From contig CAYHXX010000001.1 in NCBI GenBank assembly GCA_964360785.1, forward strand, positions 73,334 to 137,333: a stretch of DNA of 64,000 nt, written 5' to 3'. The first letter of the stretch is position 1. Each line of letters starts with the position of its first letter. The position numbers and the translations under genes were made by a program. This DNA comes from an uncultured Gammaproteobacteria bacterium. GTDB taxonomy: Bacteria > Patescibacteriota > Microgenomatia > Woykebacterales > RBG-16-39-9b. The notes beneath the pieces were generated by a model that saw only the letters and a list, made by a program, of their open reading frames with translations, ran no database searches and had not been told where the DNA came from. Of the stretch, positions 40,868 to 50,634 are shown in pieces.

Positions 40868-41413
40868 ATGTTTCCTGCCGACAACAATTTCAAATCTTTT
40901 CAATTAAGAAATCAAAGCGGTCAAGGAATTATTGAGATTGTAGTTGTCCTTGGGCTAGCTGCAATACTCATACTTTCTTTGGTAGCACTCTCAGTTCGCT
41001 CCAACCGCTCGGCCAACTTCTCCAGAGCCGAAGATCAGGCAGCTAGATTTGCGCAGGAAGGTATGGAGTATATCCGAAATATGCGTGACTACAATACCGC
41101 GACCATCACCCTAGCGAGTTGTAGCCCTTCAACTGCTTGGACTTGTATTTTTGATGAGGATTTTTCCGGTGATAAATCAGCTGAACTTACTTCAAGTACT
41201 TCTCTTGATTTCGATTCAGGCTTAGTTGAAGAAGTACTAGCTGGTGGTCGTACCTTTGAGCGTCGAGTTACAGTTCGTGATGATGGTACTGATAACCCTT
41301 GTAATCCGTCTGGGGTAGATTCGGACAAAATTAAACAATTTACTGTTGAGGTTAGTTGGACTGATACTTCTGGACCTCATGCTTCTACTACAAACTCTTG
41401 TCTGACGAAATGA
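40868..41413 (+). CDS. Minor pilin (PilV-like)
   Basis: SGQGIIEIVVVLG, AQEGMEYIR, VEVSW. Confidence 0.85.
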   Translation: MFPADNNFKSFQLRNQSGQGIIEIVVVLGLAAILILSLVALSVRSNRSANFSRAEDQAARFAQEGMEYIRNMRDYNTATITLASCSPSTAWTCIFDEDFSGDKSAELTSSTSLDFDSGLVEEVLAGGRTFERRVTVRDDGTDNPCNPSGVDSDKIKQFTVEVSWTDTSGPHASTTNSCLTK

Positions 41414-41961
41414 AAAAAAATTATTGGTCTAGAACAAAAAATTCAAACGGATTCACCCTCATTGAGGTGCTTGTGACAGTGGCAGTTACCGGTATTTTGA
41501 CAGTTATGGCTTCGGTTATTTTCATAAACACAGTCAGAAACTCAAAAAAAGCGGAAGTTACAGCCGAAGCTCGACAAAACGCAGCCTTGGTGATCGATCG
41601 TTTGCAAAAAGATGCGCGTGGAGCTAGCTCTATGTCCACAAACGCTAGTGGAAAAATCCTTACCATTGAAAACGGCTCCAATATTATACGTTGGACTTGC
41701 ATTGATCCTACCGCTACCACTAACGGTTCAATCAGTCGGGAGGTAAACAGTTCGGGGCCACTTACGGTTACAAATAAAGACACTGTAGATGGGATTAGTG
41801 TTTTGGACACCTGTGTTTTCAGTCCAATCAACACTGGCAACGTTGAACTGGTAACAGTAGAATTTACGATTACTGAAGGAGTGGGAGTACTGTCAGGACC
41901 GCAAGAGTATCAGGTACAGTTACCGTTTAGTACCTCTGTGTCTAAGAGGCCGCTAGATTAG
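41410..41961 (+). CDS. Minor pilin (PilW-like)
   Basis: NGFTLIEVLVTV. Confidence 0.85.
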   Translation: MKKNYWSRTKNSNGFTLIEVLVTVAVTGILTVMASVIFINTVRNSKKAEVTAEARQNAALVIDRLQKDARGASSMSTNASGKILTIENGSNIIRWTCIDPTATTNGSISREVNSSGPLTVTNKDTVDGISVLDTCVFSPINTGNVELVTVEFTITEGVGVLSGPQEYQVQLPFSTSVSKRPLD

Positions 41962-42034
41962 ACTTGACGAAGTTTGGGCTTTAGATTTACACTAAATATA
42001 GCATTAGCTATTTATCGACTAACTCTAAATACAA

Positions 42035-42973
42035 ATGTTTCTGCCTAGATACCTAAAAAGCAACGAATCCGGACAGGTTTTGGTAATTTTCCTTTTGGTT
42101 TTGGTTATTGGCTTGGCCTTGGTCCTTTCAATTGCCTCTCGTACAGTCACCGATATCCGGCAAACTACAACTTCAGATGAAAGTAATCGTGCATACTACG
42201 CTGCTGAGTCTGGAGTCGAAGACGCTTTGAAGAAAATTGAGGATGATTTTAATTTTGATACCGATGGTGATGGAAACCCAGATGCTTATAATCTTGATTT
42301 CGCATCTGTAAATCGCACAAATGCAGATGTAGACGTGATCCCTTTAAGAGCAGATCCTGGAGTAATTCTAGATTTTCTTAATTACGCTAAAGATGATGTC
42401 GCCCAAATAAACCTCATGGCAGATTTTAATACATTGGCACCAGGTGGTGCAGTAGGAATCGTTCCAGGAGATACAATAATACTTCATTACGGAACGCCGG
42501 GTAGTCCAACCACACCAGCTATTGAGGTGTCTTTTGTTACCTATAATGGGTCTGCTTGGGGAATCCGTAAAATGACGTTTGACCCAATTCTTGGCCGTAG
42601 TAGTGGTTTTTGTGGGGGAGGAGGAGTTTCAGTACCAGCAGTACAAGGTGTACACAAAGCCTATGATTTTTCAGCCCAAATCAGACTTAATGATACCGCT
42701 CTATCCAACCCTTCTTGTGCCAGTAATGAGGCTGTGACAGTCAATCCTGTTATCGCACGAGTAAGATTTCTGTATGGAGACTCTTCTTTAGGAGTTGAAG
42801 TGGTAGGAAAGGCTTTGCCACAACAAGGTCAGAAAATTACATCAACTGGTGAGACCCCTTCCGGTGTAACACGAAAGCTTGAGGTAAACCGCTTCTACCC
42901 CACCCTCCCTGCTATCTTTGATTATGTTCTGTACAATGGTTCCTCTGGGGATCTCTGCAAAGGGAGCTGTTAG
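42035..42973 (+). CDS. Minor pilin (PilX-like)
   Basis: SGQVLVIFLLVL, AYYAAESGVEDAL, ITSTG. Confidence 0.85.
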   Translation: MFLPRYLKSNESGQVLVIFLLVLVIGLALVLSIASRTVTDIRQTTTSDESNRAYYAAESGVEDALKKIEDDFNFDTDGDGNPDAYNLDFASVNRTNADVDVIPLRADPGVILDFLNYAKDDVAQINLMADFNTLAPGGAVGIVPGDTIILHYGTPGSPTTPAIEVSFVTYNGSAWGIRKMTFDPILGRSSGFCGGGGVSVPAVQGVHKAYDFSAQIRLNDTALSNPSCASNEAVTVNPVIARVRFLYGDSSLGVEVVGKALPQQGQKITSTGETPSGVTRKLEVNRFYPTLPAIFDYVLYNGSSGDLCKGSC

Positions 42974-43031
42974 CAGCCTCCAAAAAACTCTTGCCTTGAA
43001 TTTATTTTGTGTGCTAAACTGATATACAGAC

Positions 43032-44069
43032 ATGCCTGCCATCAATCATTTCGGTCTTGATATTGGAACTCACAGTATCAAACTCGTTCAACTAACCGGC
43101 TCAACACAAGCGGCTTCGTTTGTGACAGCTGGACAGTTCCAAACTCCACCCCAAGCACTACTTTCCGAATCCGACGAAGATCTACAGCAGCTCGCAACTG
43201 CCATAAAAAATTTGGTAAAAGAAGCTAAAGTTACTACAAATCGTGTAGTCGCTTCTCTTCCGGAATCACAGATATTTACTCGGGTGGTGGAGATGCCGCA
43301 GCTTTCGAAACAAGAAATGCAGACTGCAATCGACTACGAGGCCGAGCAGTATGTTCCTCTTCCGATGACCGAAGTTACTCTGACCTGGCAAGTTCTCTCT
43401 TCCAGAGTGGGAGCTGATAAGAAGACTACGATGGAAGTACTCCTGGTAGCCGCCCCAAAAAACTTGATAAATAAGTATCTTAAAATTTTGAAAATGGCTG
43501 ATTTAAATCCAGTTTCAGTCGAAACCGAAACTACTGCAGCCGTACGTGCGCTTGTGCAACGTGTCGAAGGTTCACCAACGACAATGCTCGTAAGTTTAGG
43601 AGCCTCAACCACTGACCTCACCGTTGTCACCGACAACCAAATTAGTTTTACACGTTCCATTGCAACCGGAGGTGTGGCTTTGGCACGTTCGGTCGCAAAT
43701 GACTTGGGTTTTGAACTTGACCAGGCAGTTGAATACATGAAAACCTATGGGCTAGACTCGACACAGCTTGAGGGTAAGGTTACCGCGGCTATCAAACCAG
43801 TATTTGATGTGATCGTCAATGAAATTCGTCGCGCTCTCGCTTTTTATCAAAGTAAACATCCCGACAAACCCGTCAAAAGAGTTGTTTTGACCGGAGGTAC
43901 TTCAAAATTACCTGGGGTTGTGATTTATTTGGCTGAGGCTCTTGGGCTTGAGGTACAAATAGGTAATCCTTGGGATGGTATTGCCTTACCTCAACAAATT
44001 TCAAAGAAATTAATTGATGAAGGTACTACCTACGGAGTTGCCGTAGGACTAGCTTTAAAACAAGTATAA
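43032..44069 (+). CDS. pilM: Type IV pilus alignment protein PilM
   Basis: GLDIGTHSIKLV, LLVAAPK, LTGGTSKL, AVGLALK. Confidence 0.95.
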   Translation: MPAINHFGLDIGTHSIKLVQLTGSTQAASFVTAGQFQTPPQALLSESDEDLQQLATAIKNLVKEAKVTTNRVVASLPESQIFTRVVEMPQLSKQEMQTAIDYEAEQYVPLPMTEVTLTWQVLSSRVGADKKTTMEVLLVAAPKNLINKYLKILKMADLNPVSVETETTAAVRALVQRVEGSPTTMLVSLGASTTDLTVVTDNQISFTRSIATGGVALARSVANDLGFELDQAVEYMKTYGLDSTQLEGKVTAAIKPVFDVIVNEIRRALAFYQSKHPDKPVKRVVLTGGTSKLPGVVIYLAEALGLEVQIGNPWDGIALPQQISKKLIDEGTTYGVAVGLALKQV

Positions 44070-44071
44070 AA

Positions 44072-44701
44072 ATGGAAAACACAAAACCAGATCAACCAAA
44101 ACCGCAAACGATTCAAGCCCAGCCCGTATCCGCAGGAATAAATCTTTTACCAGACGTTGCTGAAAGAGAGATAAAATCCGGAGTCTACAAGCGCAAGGCA
44201 AATATTATTTCTCTTGTTTTACTAGGAGTCATCGGTGTTGTTATAGTCGGAATCTTGATATTTCAGGGTAGTTTGGCACTTCAGGCTAATTCAATTAAAA
44301 ATAAGACTGCCGAAGCCGAAGATCGAATTCGCCAGAAACAAGCACTCGAAATAAAGGCTTTGGCAACCAAAGAAAAGCTTGATAAAATTAAACAGCTTCT
44401 GACCTCAACAATACCTTCATCTGCATTCATTAGTGAAATAACTAAAGACTCGGCAACAACCCAACCAATCGTTTTGACCAACCTAACGATTTCACAAAAT
44501 GGCGAGGCGTTTGTTGACGGTACCGCGGTGAATTCAGAGGTGTTCAAGCAGTGGGTTGCCAATCTCACCTCCGAAGCTTCGCAAGAATTCTTTGACAAAT
44601 TGAACGCAGTTTCCTTTACTGGTAATCCAACAGAGGGCTATAAATTTTCCTTCAAACTCAGTTTCTTGAAAAAAGGAGTCTACAGTTTTAATGAAAAATA
44701 A
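44072..44701 (+). CDS. pilN: PilN-like protein
   Basis: INLLP motif, TM, coiled coil; follows pilM. Confidence 0.85.
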   Translation: MENTKPDQPKPQTIQAQPVSAGINLLPDVAEREIKSGVYKRKANIISLVLLGVIGVVIVGILIFQGSLALQANSIKNKTAEAEDRIRQKQALEIKALATKEKLDKIKQLLTSTIPSSAFISEITKDSATTQPIVLTNLTISQNGEAFVDGTAVNSEVFKQWVANLTSEASQEFFDKLNAVSFTGNPTEGYKFSFKLSFLKKGVYSFNEK

Positions 44702-45449
44702 CTTCTCTGAAAATATAAAATTATATTTTGTCCCCATCGTTAGCCTTTTAGTAGTTGGTTTTCTTGTCCCGACTGTAATTATTCCGCAAGTAAAGCAGAT
44801 TAAGGAAAATTGGAAAATTGTTAGTCAAAACAGTAAGCGTTTGGACGCTTTAGAAGCAAAAGCGAAGGCCTTGGAGCAGCTTGAAGGTGCACAAGCAGAG
44901 CTTGATAAGAATCTCGCAACCGCAGAATCTGCCTTGCCGATAGAAAAAGATGTTGCTCGTTTGGTACGCGGGGTACAAAATTTGGCAGTGGCAAACGGTT
45001 TGGAGGTTAGTAAAGTGGAAATAAAGCCAGGTAAAACCGCAACTGAGTCCGCAACTCCAGTTGCAGCCGAGGCGACCACAACGAAAAATTCGAAAGTTTC
45101 CGTCGGTAGTACTAGTAAGACAGAATTGGTCTTTGAACTGGCCTTAAAAGGCAATTTAGCAGCTTTTCAAAGCTTTATGAAATCTATTGAAAGTACCAAA
45201 AGATTGCTTATTTTGAACTCATTCAAATCTACCTTAGGATCTGGCCCGGACTATTCTTTTAGTGTGACAATAAATGCACCTTTTGGTGCTTTACCCAAAA
45301 TCTCAGAGGATCAGCTTGCAGCTGCGGTTGCAGAACTTTCTCAGAACAATAAAAAACTATTAAAAGATTTGGAAAGCTCAATTTTCAAGGACGTTACAAA
45401 TGATCCCCTACCTACTGGACCCACTGGTGTAACCGATCCGTTCAAGTAG
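44691..45449 (+). CDS. pilO: PilO-like protein
   Basis: TM, coiled coil, ALP, F..SIESTKRLL; gene order. Confidence 0.8.
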   Translation: MKNNFSENIKLYFVPIVSLLVVGFLVPTVIIPQVKQIKENWKIVSQNSKRLDALEAKAKALEQLEGAQAELDKNLATAESALPIEKDVARLVRGVQNLAVANGLEVSKVEIKPGKTATESATPVAAEATTTKNSKVSVGSTSKTELVFELALKGNLAAFQSFMKSIESTKRLLILNSFKSTLGSGPDYSFSVTINAPFGALPKISEDQLAAAVAELSQNNKKLLKDLESSIFKDVTNDPLPTGPTGVTDPFK

Positions 45450-45451
45450 GG

Positions 45452-46150
45452 CTAATTTCTCGTAAGTAAATCCGGTCGTAGTTTCTTGGTTTTCTCCAGA
45501 GCCTTACCTAGTCTCCATTTATTGATTTCTGCATGATTGCCGGAGCGCAACTCATCTGGGACATTTTCACCTTCAAATTCGGCAGGCCTAGTATATTGCG
45601 GATACTCTAACAGAGTTTGCTTTTTCCCCTCAATTTCTTGTTTTGAAAAAGATTCAAAGTCGAGTGACTCTTGTGCACCAATTACGCCTGGTACCAGGCG
45701 TGAAATTGTTTCCAGGATTACCAGGCAGGCTACTTCCCCACCGTTTAACACATAATCCCCAATTGAAATCTCCAAGTCCACATACTTGTCCTTAAATCGC
45801 TGGTCTACGCCTTCGTATCTCCCAGCTATCAGCAACAAGTTTTCCTGTTTACTTAATTTGTTGGCCAAGGCCTGGTCAAATTTTACTCCTGTTGGGTCAG
45901 TCAGGATAACTAGACTGTTTGTTTTTTTTATCTTCTTTACAGCTTGGGCCAGAACATCAGGTTTAAGCACCATCCCGGCTCCGCCGCCATAAGGTGTATC
46001 GTCGACTTGTTTGTGGGGTAAGTCAGAAAAGTCACGCAGATTGTGAGTTTCTACAGAGATTTTGCCAGTTTCAATCGCTTTGGCCACAATACTTTCTTTT
46101 AAAGGAGAACTGAAGAAGTCAGGAAAAAGGGTGAGAATGTCAAATTGCAT
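45452..46150 (-). CDS. trmD: tRNA (guanine-N1)-methyltransferase
   Basis: FDILTLFP, DDTPYGGGAGM, GRYEGVDQR, SIGDYVLNGGE. Confidence 0.98.
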   Translation of the reverse strand: MQFDILTLFPDFFSSPLKESIVAKAIETGKISVETHNLRDFSDLPHKQVDDTPYGGGAGMVLKPDVLAQAVKKIKKTNSLVILTDPTGVKFDQALANKLSKQENLLLIAGRYEGVDQRFKDKYVDLEISIGDYVLNGGEVACLVILETISRLVPGVIGAQESLDFESFSKQEIEGKKQTLLEYPQYTRPAEFEGENVPDELRSGNHAEINKWRLGKALEKTKKLRPDLLTRN

Positions 46151-46189
46151 TTGTTTCTATGAAATCAAAATTCATTGTTCTAACAGTTT

Positions 46190-46432
46190 TTAGGCTCGAT
46201 CTTCATCTAGAAGAAGGTTGACCCGCTTATTTTCCAAAATAGCCTTTGTCCGCAGAAGATTTCTTATAGATTTTATTACTTTTCCCCCTTTACCGATTAC
46301 TAGGCCCATGTCTTCAGGTGAGACTCGGAGTTCAAGAACAATTTCGCCTTCTTGACCTACCGAATCAGCAATGGAGATCTCATCTGGGTGTTTAACAATA
46401 TTTTTAACAATGACTGTCAGCAAGTCCTTCAT
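46190..46432 (-). CDS. khpA: KH-domain RNA-binding protein
   Basis: DMGLVIGKGGKVIKSIR; lies between rpsP and trmD. Confidence 0.9.
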   Translation of the reverse strand: MKDLLTVIVKNIVKHPDEISIADSVGQEGEIVLELRVSPEDMGLVIGKGGKVIKSIRNLLRTKAILENKRVNLLLDEDRA

Positions 46433-46665
46433 TATGAGGTTTGGTTTGCGAGCTTAAATACAGTTTCGGTTGGCTGTGCGCCTTTAGAGATCCAAAAATC
46501 GTACTTTTCCTTATTCAGAACAACTGTCCTTGGTTTGACAGTCTCATCGAGCGTACCGATGACCTCGAGAAAGCGACCATTGCGGGCTCTTTGTTGATCG
46601 GCAACTATAATTCGGTATTTACGTTGGTTCGTACTGCCAACTCGCGATAATCTAATTTTGACCAT
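46432..46665 (-). CDS. rpsP: 30S ribosomal protein S16
   Basis: MVKIRLSRVG, YRIIVAD, GAQPTETV. Confidence 0.97.
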   Translation of the reverse strand: MVKIRLSRVGSTNQRKYRIIVADQQRARNGRFLEVIGTLDETVKPRTVVLNKEKYDFWISKGAQPTETVFKLANQTS

Positions 46666-46707
46666 AAAAATTATTTCTGGATCAAATTCCAGCTTCAGGA
46701 AGGGATT

Positions 46708-47397
46708 CTATACTATCTTGTCAAAGTTTTCAAGGGCAGCGGAGGCTGCTTCTTGTTCAGCCTGCTGTTTGCTCTTACCTTTGCCTTTACCAACCTGTTT
46801 GTCTGAAATAAAAACTCCTACTTCAAATGTTCGATCGTGGTCAGGGCCAATTTCCTCCAAGACTTTGTACGTCGGAGTAACGTTCAATTTATCTTGAGAC
46901 TGTTCTTGGAAAGCACTCTTGAAATCCTTGTACGAACCTGTAGTGATAATCGCTGGTAGCAAGGGTATTAATTGTTCATGGATCAGTTCTGACGCCTTCG
47001 GTAAACCCAGATCAAGATAAATCGCACCTAGCAGAGCTTCTAGAGTGTTTGCAAGCAGGTACTGTCTCTCACGTCCTCCTGTGGCTTCCTCACCTTTAGA
47101 GAGAAGTAAATATTTGCCCAACTCTAACTTGCCACCAACTTCCGAGAGTGTTCTAGCATTTACAATACTTGAGCGAAAGTTGGTTAAATCTCCTTCGGGT
47201 CGGTTCGGATACTTGAGAAAAAGATATTCTGAAACAACAAACCCAAGCACTGAGTCTCCGAGAAATTCTAGACGCTCATTGTGAGGTATTTTTTCCTCCG
47301 GGTGCTCGTTTAGATAAGAACGGTGAATAAAAGCCGATTTTAGTAGATTCTTATCTTTAAAATTTAGTTTTAGTGATTTTTCTAGTTCTTCTAACAA
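46708..47397 (-). CDS. rnc: Ribonuclease III
   Basis: HNERLEFLGDSVL, C-terminal dsRBD. Confidence 0.97.
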   Translation of the reverse strand: MLEELEKSLKLNFKDKNLLKSAFIHRSYLNEHPEEKIPHNERLEFLGDSVLGFVVSEYLFLKYPNRPEGDLTNFRSSIVNARTLSEVGGKLELGKYLLLSKGEEATGGRERQYLLANTLEALLGAIYLDLGLPKASELIHEQLIPLLPAIITTGSYKDFKSAFQEQSQDKLNVTPTYKVLEEIGPDHDRTFEVGVFISDKQVGKGKGKSKQQAEQEAASAALENFDKIV

Positions 47398-47465
47398 GTA
47401 TTTTAGTTGATTGGGCGCTTACGAATAGTGACTACAAAAGTTAACACCACTCACAAGAGACCAAA

Positions 47466-47705
47466 TTAAACTTCTCCTATTGATTCAGAAACATACTCGA
47501 CTATATCTCCGACTTTAATAAATTTCTGGCTGTCTTGCGCAGGAATTGCAATTTTAAACTCATCTTCTAGTGAAACAACTAAGTCTGCAAGGCTAAGTGG
47601 GTCTGAGTTCAAGTCATCCTTAAGATGGGCTTCGTTGTTAATCTCATTTTCTGCCACTCCTAAATATTTTGAAACTATCTTTGCGACTTTTTCTTCGACA
47701 TTCAT
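47466..47705 (-). CDS. acpP: Acyl-carrier-protein homolog lacking the canonical Ser (DSL to DPL)
   Basis: EEKVAKIV..LGV, DDLNSDPLSLADLVVSLEDEF.I.IP, VGDIVEYV. Confidence 0.8.
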   Translation of the reverse strand: MNVEEKVAKIVSKYLGVAENEINNEAHLKDDLNSDPLSLADLVVSLEDEFKIAIPAQDSQKFIKVGDIVEYVSESIGEV

Positions 47706-48190
47706 TTTTTCTCTGCACTTTCTTTTGTTTTTGTTTCCTTGGCAAATTCGGGCATTAACTCTTTAACAACTGTTCCCAAAACACCATTGATAAATTTACT
47801 AGAATTCTCACCTCCGAATTGTTTAGCTAGCTCAACACCCTCATCAATCGCTACTTTTGGTGGTACATTGCGAGCAATGTAAAGTTCAAAGATTGCAATG
47901 CGTAATATTTCCAGATCTATTTTTGCGATTTGTACCAGTGGCCACTCAGGAGCCGCTTTTTCAATAATTTTGTCGATTGTATCTAAATTGTTTGTTGTAC
48001 CCTTGAGTATGAAACTAACCAACTCCGAGTCGATTTCTTTTTTTGTACCCGCATTTTCCTCGTCGGCAATATCGAGTACCAGATCTCTTTCGGCAATAGT
48101 CTCAATATCAATTGAGTTGAAACTCCACTCAAAGAGAGCTTGAAGAGCGACAATTCTTGCTTCGTGTCTTTTATCGTTAATTTTCTTCAT
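47702..48190 (-). CDS. nusB: Transcription antitermination factor NusB
   Basis: RHEARIVALQALF, ILRIAIFEL, AIDEGVELAK, FINGVLG. Confidence 0.95.
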   Translation of the reverse strand: MKKINDKRHEARIVALQALFEWSFNSIDIETIAERDLVLDIADEENAGTKKEIDSELVSFILKGTTNNLDTIDKIIEKAAPEWPLVQIAKIDLEILRIAIFELYIARNVPPKVAIDEGVELAKQFGGENSSKFINGVLGTVVKELMPEFAKETKTKESAEKK

Positions 48191-48211
48191 TGAAGCAGAT
48201 TATTAGTAAAG

Positions 48212-48436
48212 TTACTTGCCTTCGCCCGTATCTGCTACTTTTGTAACTTTAGTTTTTATCTTAGGTGCTACGATTACGGCGCCTTTGTAGGTTCCGCAGT
48301 TTTTGCAAACCTCGTGTGGTATCTTTAAACTCCCACAGTTTTCACACTTAGCTAAAGCCCTTGCTTTAAGTTGTATGCTTGCTCGTCGCTTGCCTTGACG
48401 TTCAGACGAATGACGGCGTTTTGGTAATGGAGTCAT
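48212..48436 (-). CDS. rpmF: 50S ribosomal protein L32
   Basis: PLPKRRHS, CENCG..KIPHEVCKNCGTY. Confidence 0.95.
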   Translation of the reverse strand: MTPLPKRRHSSERQGKRRASIQLKARALAKCENCGSLKIPHEVCKNCGTYKGAVIVAPKIKTKVTKVADTGEGK

Positions 48437-48515
48437 AAATAAACTAGTCCTATTCTTAACAAGAATTTCTTAATTTACCTATTATATTGAATTCAAAGCT
48501 AGACTGTCAACAAAT

Positions 48516-50534
48516 TCAATCATTTGAAGAATTTGATTTTTCTGGAAACCAGGTGCGCACCAATTGCGTGGGATTGGTTAATAACTTCTTTTCTAAAGCT
48601 AAATCAGCAGCCGCGCGAGAGCGTTCGATTAATTCTAGGTTCAGGAAATCAGCGGTTTTGAGATCTATCTGACCGTGTTGAAGGGTACCGAAAACGTCAC
48701 CCGGACCCCGCATTTTCATATCGAGTTCTGCCAAATCTAGCCCATTGGTGTACTTCTCCAAGTATTTCAATCGTTCCAGCGTCCGCTCTGAAGTTGTTTG
48801 GGTAAATAGCAAACAGAAGCTTTCTTGCCCCACTCTCCCGACTCTTCCTCGAAGCTGATGGAGCGAAGCGAGCCCAAAACGCTCGGCGGCCTCAATTATG
48901 ATGATGTTTGCTTCCGGTATATCAATTCCAACCTCGACAACTGGTGTAGTTACCAGAATTTGTATTTTTTTGTCTCTAAACTGCTTTATTGCCTCATCTT
49001 TCTCGCTCGATTTAAGTTTGCCATGAAGTAAGGCTATTTTTAAATGGGGAAATACTTCTTTACTGAGTCTTTCGTATTCTTCGGTAGCACTTTTAACCGA
49101 AAGAAGCGACTCTGAAGTGTTGATCAACGGGCAAACAACAAAAGCTTGTCCACCCTTCAGGACTTCCTTCTGAATAAATTCATAGGCTCTTTTTCGTTTT
49201 ATTTGAGGAACAAGATAGGTTCTCACCTTTTTCCTGCCAAATGGAAGTTCTTCCAAGGTCGAGATATCAAGTTTTCCGTAGATGGTCAAGGCTAGTGTAC
49301 GTGGTATTGGGGTTGCGGTCATGGTAAGAAAATGCGCTTTCTTACCTTTTTCACGCAAGAGTTGTCTCTGATTTACACCAAACCGTTGTTGCTCGTCCAC
49401 GACAATCAAACCAAGGTTTGAAAAGTTAACAGTCTTTCCCAAAAGAGCGTGGGTACCCACGGCTAGATCGAAGTTTAATTCCTTCAATTTCGAAGTACTA
49501 GTGACTAGTTTTAGACTTAATTTATTCTTAAATATGCTCTCTAAAGTGTTGAAGTGTTGTTTTGCCAATATTTCAGTTGGTGCCATCAACGCTCCCTGAA
49601 AACCGTTTTTCACGGCGCAAAACAGGGCAAAGGCGCTGACGATTGTCTTACCGCTACCAACCTCACCTTGCAGCAGTCTGTTCATGGGGTTTTGCCCTCG
49701 TAAGTCACTACTAATTTCGGTTATCGCTTTTTTCTGTGAAACTGTCAGTTCAAAGGATAGTAAACTAGAAAATTCATCGATAATTGTTTTGTCAAACTTC
49801 CAGCCTCGTCTGAAGGCAATTTCCTTAGGTTTAGTTAGTTGATTTCTAATCCGCAGGAAAAAAAGTTCTTCAAAAGCAAATCTTTCCCTTGACTTGCCAA
49901 GTTTTTCGCTGGTGGTTGGAAAATGGATCTCCTGAAAAGCTGACTTGGAATCGATCAAATGCTCTGCCTTCAAAACTTCTGCCGGTAAATCTTCCTGGAA
50001 ATCCAAATTCGTATCTTTAAGAATCAGGTTAATTTTGCTTCTGATCCACCTGCTCGATACACCTCCCGATTCCGAGTAAATTGGTATTAACCTGGCTGTA
50101 TGTACGGCTTCTTTCCCTTGTGAAAAAGCTTCAAATTTTGGGTTAAGAAAGGTTAATTTGCGATTAAAAATGCTTACTTTGCCGGAAAAATTAAAAACCT
50201 GGTTTATCTTCAGTACAGACATGAGATATTCTTGATTAAACCAGACCGCTTCAATGCTACCCGTCGAATCGTTTAGCACGGCTTTTACAAGAGTTTTACC
50301 GGTTCTGGTACGGATTTTTGTAATCTGCCAAACTTGGGCTGTAATGGTAACAGTCTGTCCCTGCGTAAGATTTACAATTCTACGAGTATCAGAAAGGTCT
50401 TCGTACCTGAAAGGGAAATAGAAAAGCAAATCTCTGATCGTGAATATACCTAAGGAATTCAATTTGTTCCGGTAAACCAAACCAATTCCGGGTACAGAAG
50501 CTAAAGGGGAAGTTGGTAATAGTCTAGCTGACAT
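48516..50534 (-). CDS. recG: ATP-dependent DNA helicase RecG
   Basis: MNRLLQGEVGSGKT, DEQQRFG, MTATPIPRTL, LHQLRGRVGR, RGPG. Confidence 0.96.
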   Translation of the reverse strand: MSARLLPTSPLASVPGIGLVYRNKLNSLGIFTIRDLLFYFPFRYEDLSDTRRIVNLTQGQTVTITAQVWQITKIRTRTGKTLVKAVLNDSTGSIEAVWFNQEYLMSVLKINQVFNFSGKVSIFNRKLTFLNPKFEAFSQGKEAVHTARLIPIYSESGGVSSRWIRSKINLILKDTNLDFQEDLPAEVLKAEHLIDSKSAFQEIHFPTTSEKLGKSRERFAFEELFFLRIRNQLTKPKEIAFRRGWKFDKTIIDEFSSLLSFELTVSQKKAITEISSDLRGQNPMNRLLQGEVGSGKTIVSAFALFCAVKNGFQGALMAPTEILAKQHFNTLESIFKNKLSLKLVTSTSKLKELNFDLAVGTHALLGKTVNFSNLGLIVVDEQQRFGVNQRQLLREKGKKAHFLTMTATPIPRTLALTIYGKLDISTLEELPFGRKKVRTYLVPQIKRKRAYEFIQKEVLKGGQAFVVCPLINTSESLLSVKSATEEYERLSKEVFPHLKIALLHGKLKSSEKDEAIKQFRDKKIQILVTTPVVEVGIDIPEANIIIIEAAERFGLASLHQLRGRVGRVGQESFCLLFTQTTSERTLERLKYLEKYTNGLDLAELDMKMRGPGDVFGTLQHGQIDLKTADFLNLELIERSRAAADLALEKKLLTNPTQLVRTWFPEKSNSSND

Positions 50535-50634
50535 TCAAAAGCATGATTACAAATGGGGCGACTATCAAGGATAGTATCATTACTATGGTAACTATTATCC
50601 AAACAAAACGAGCTTTCTTGGAGAGATTCATTAG

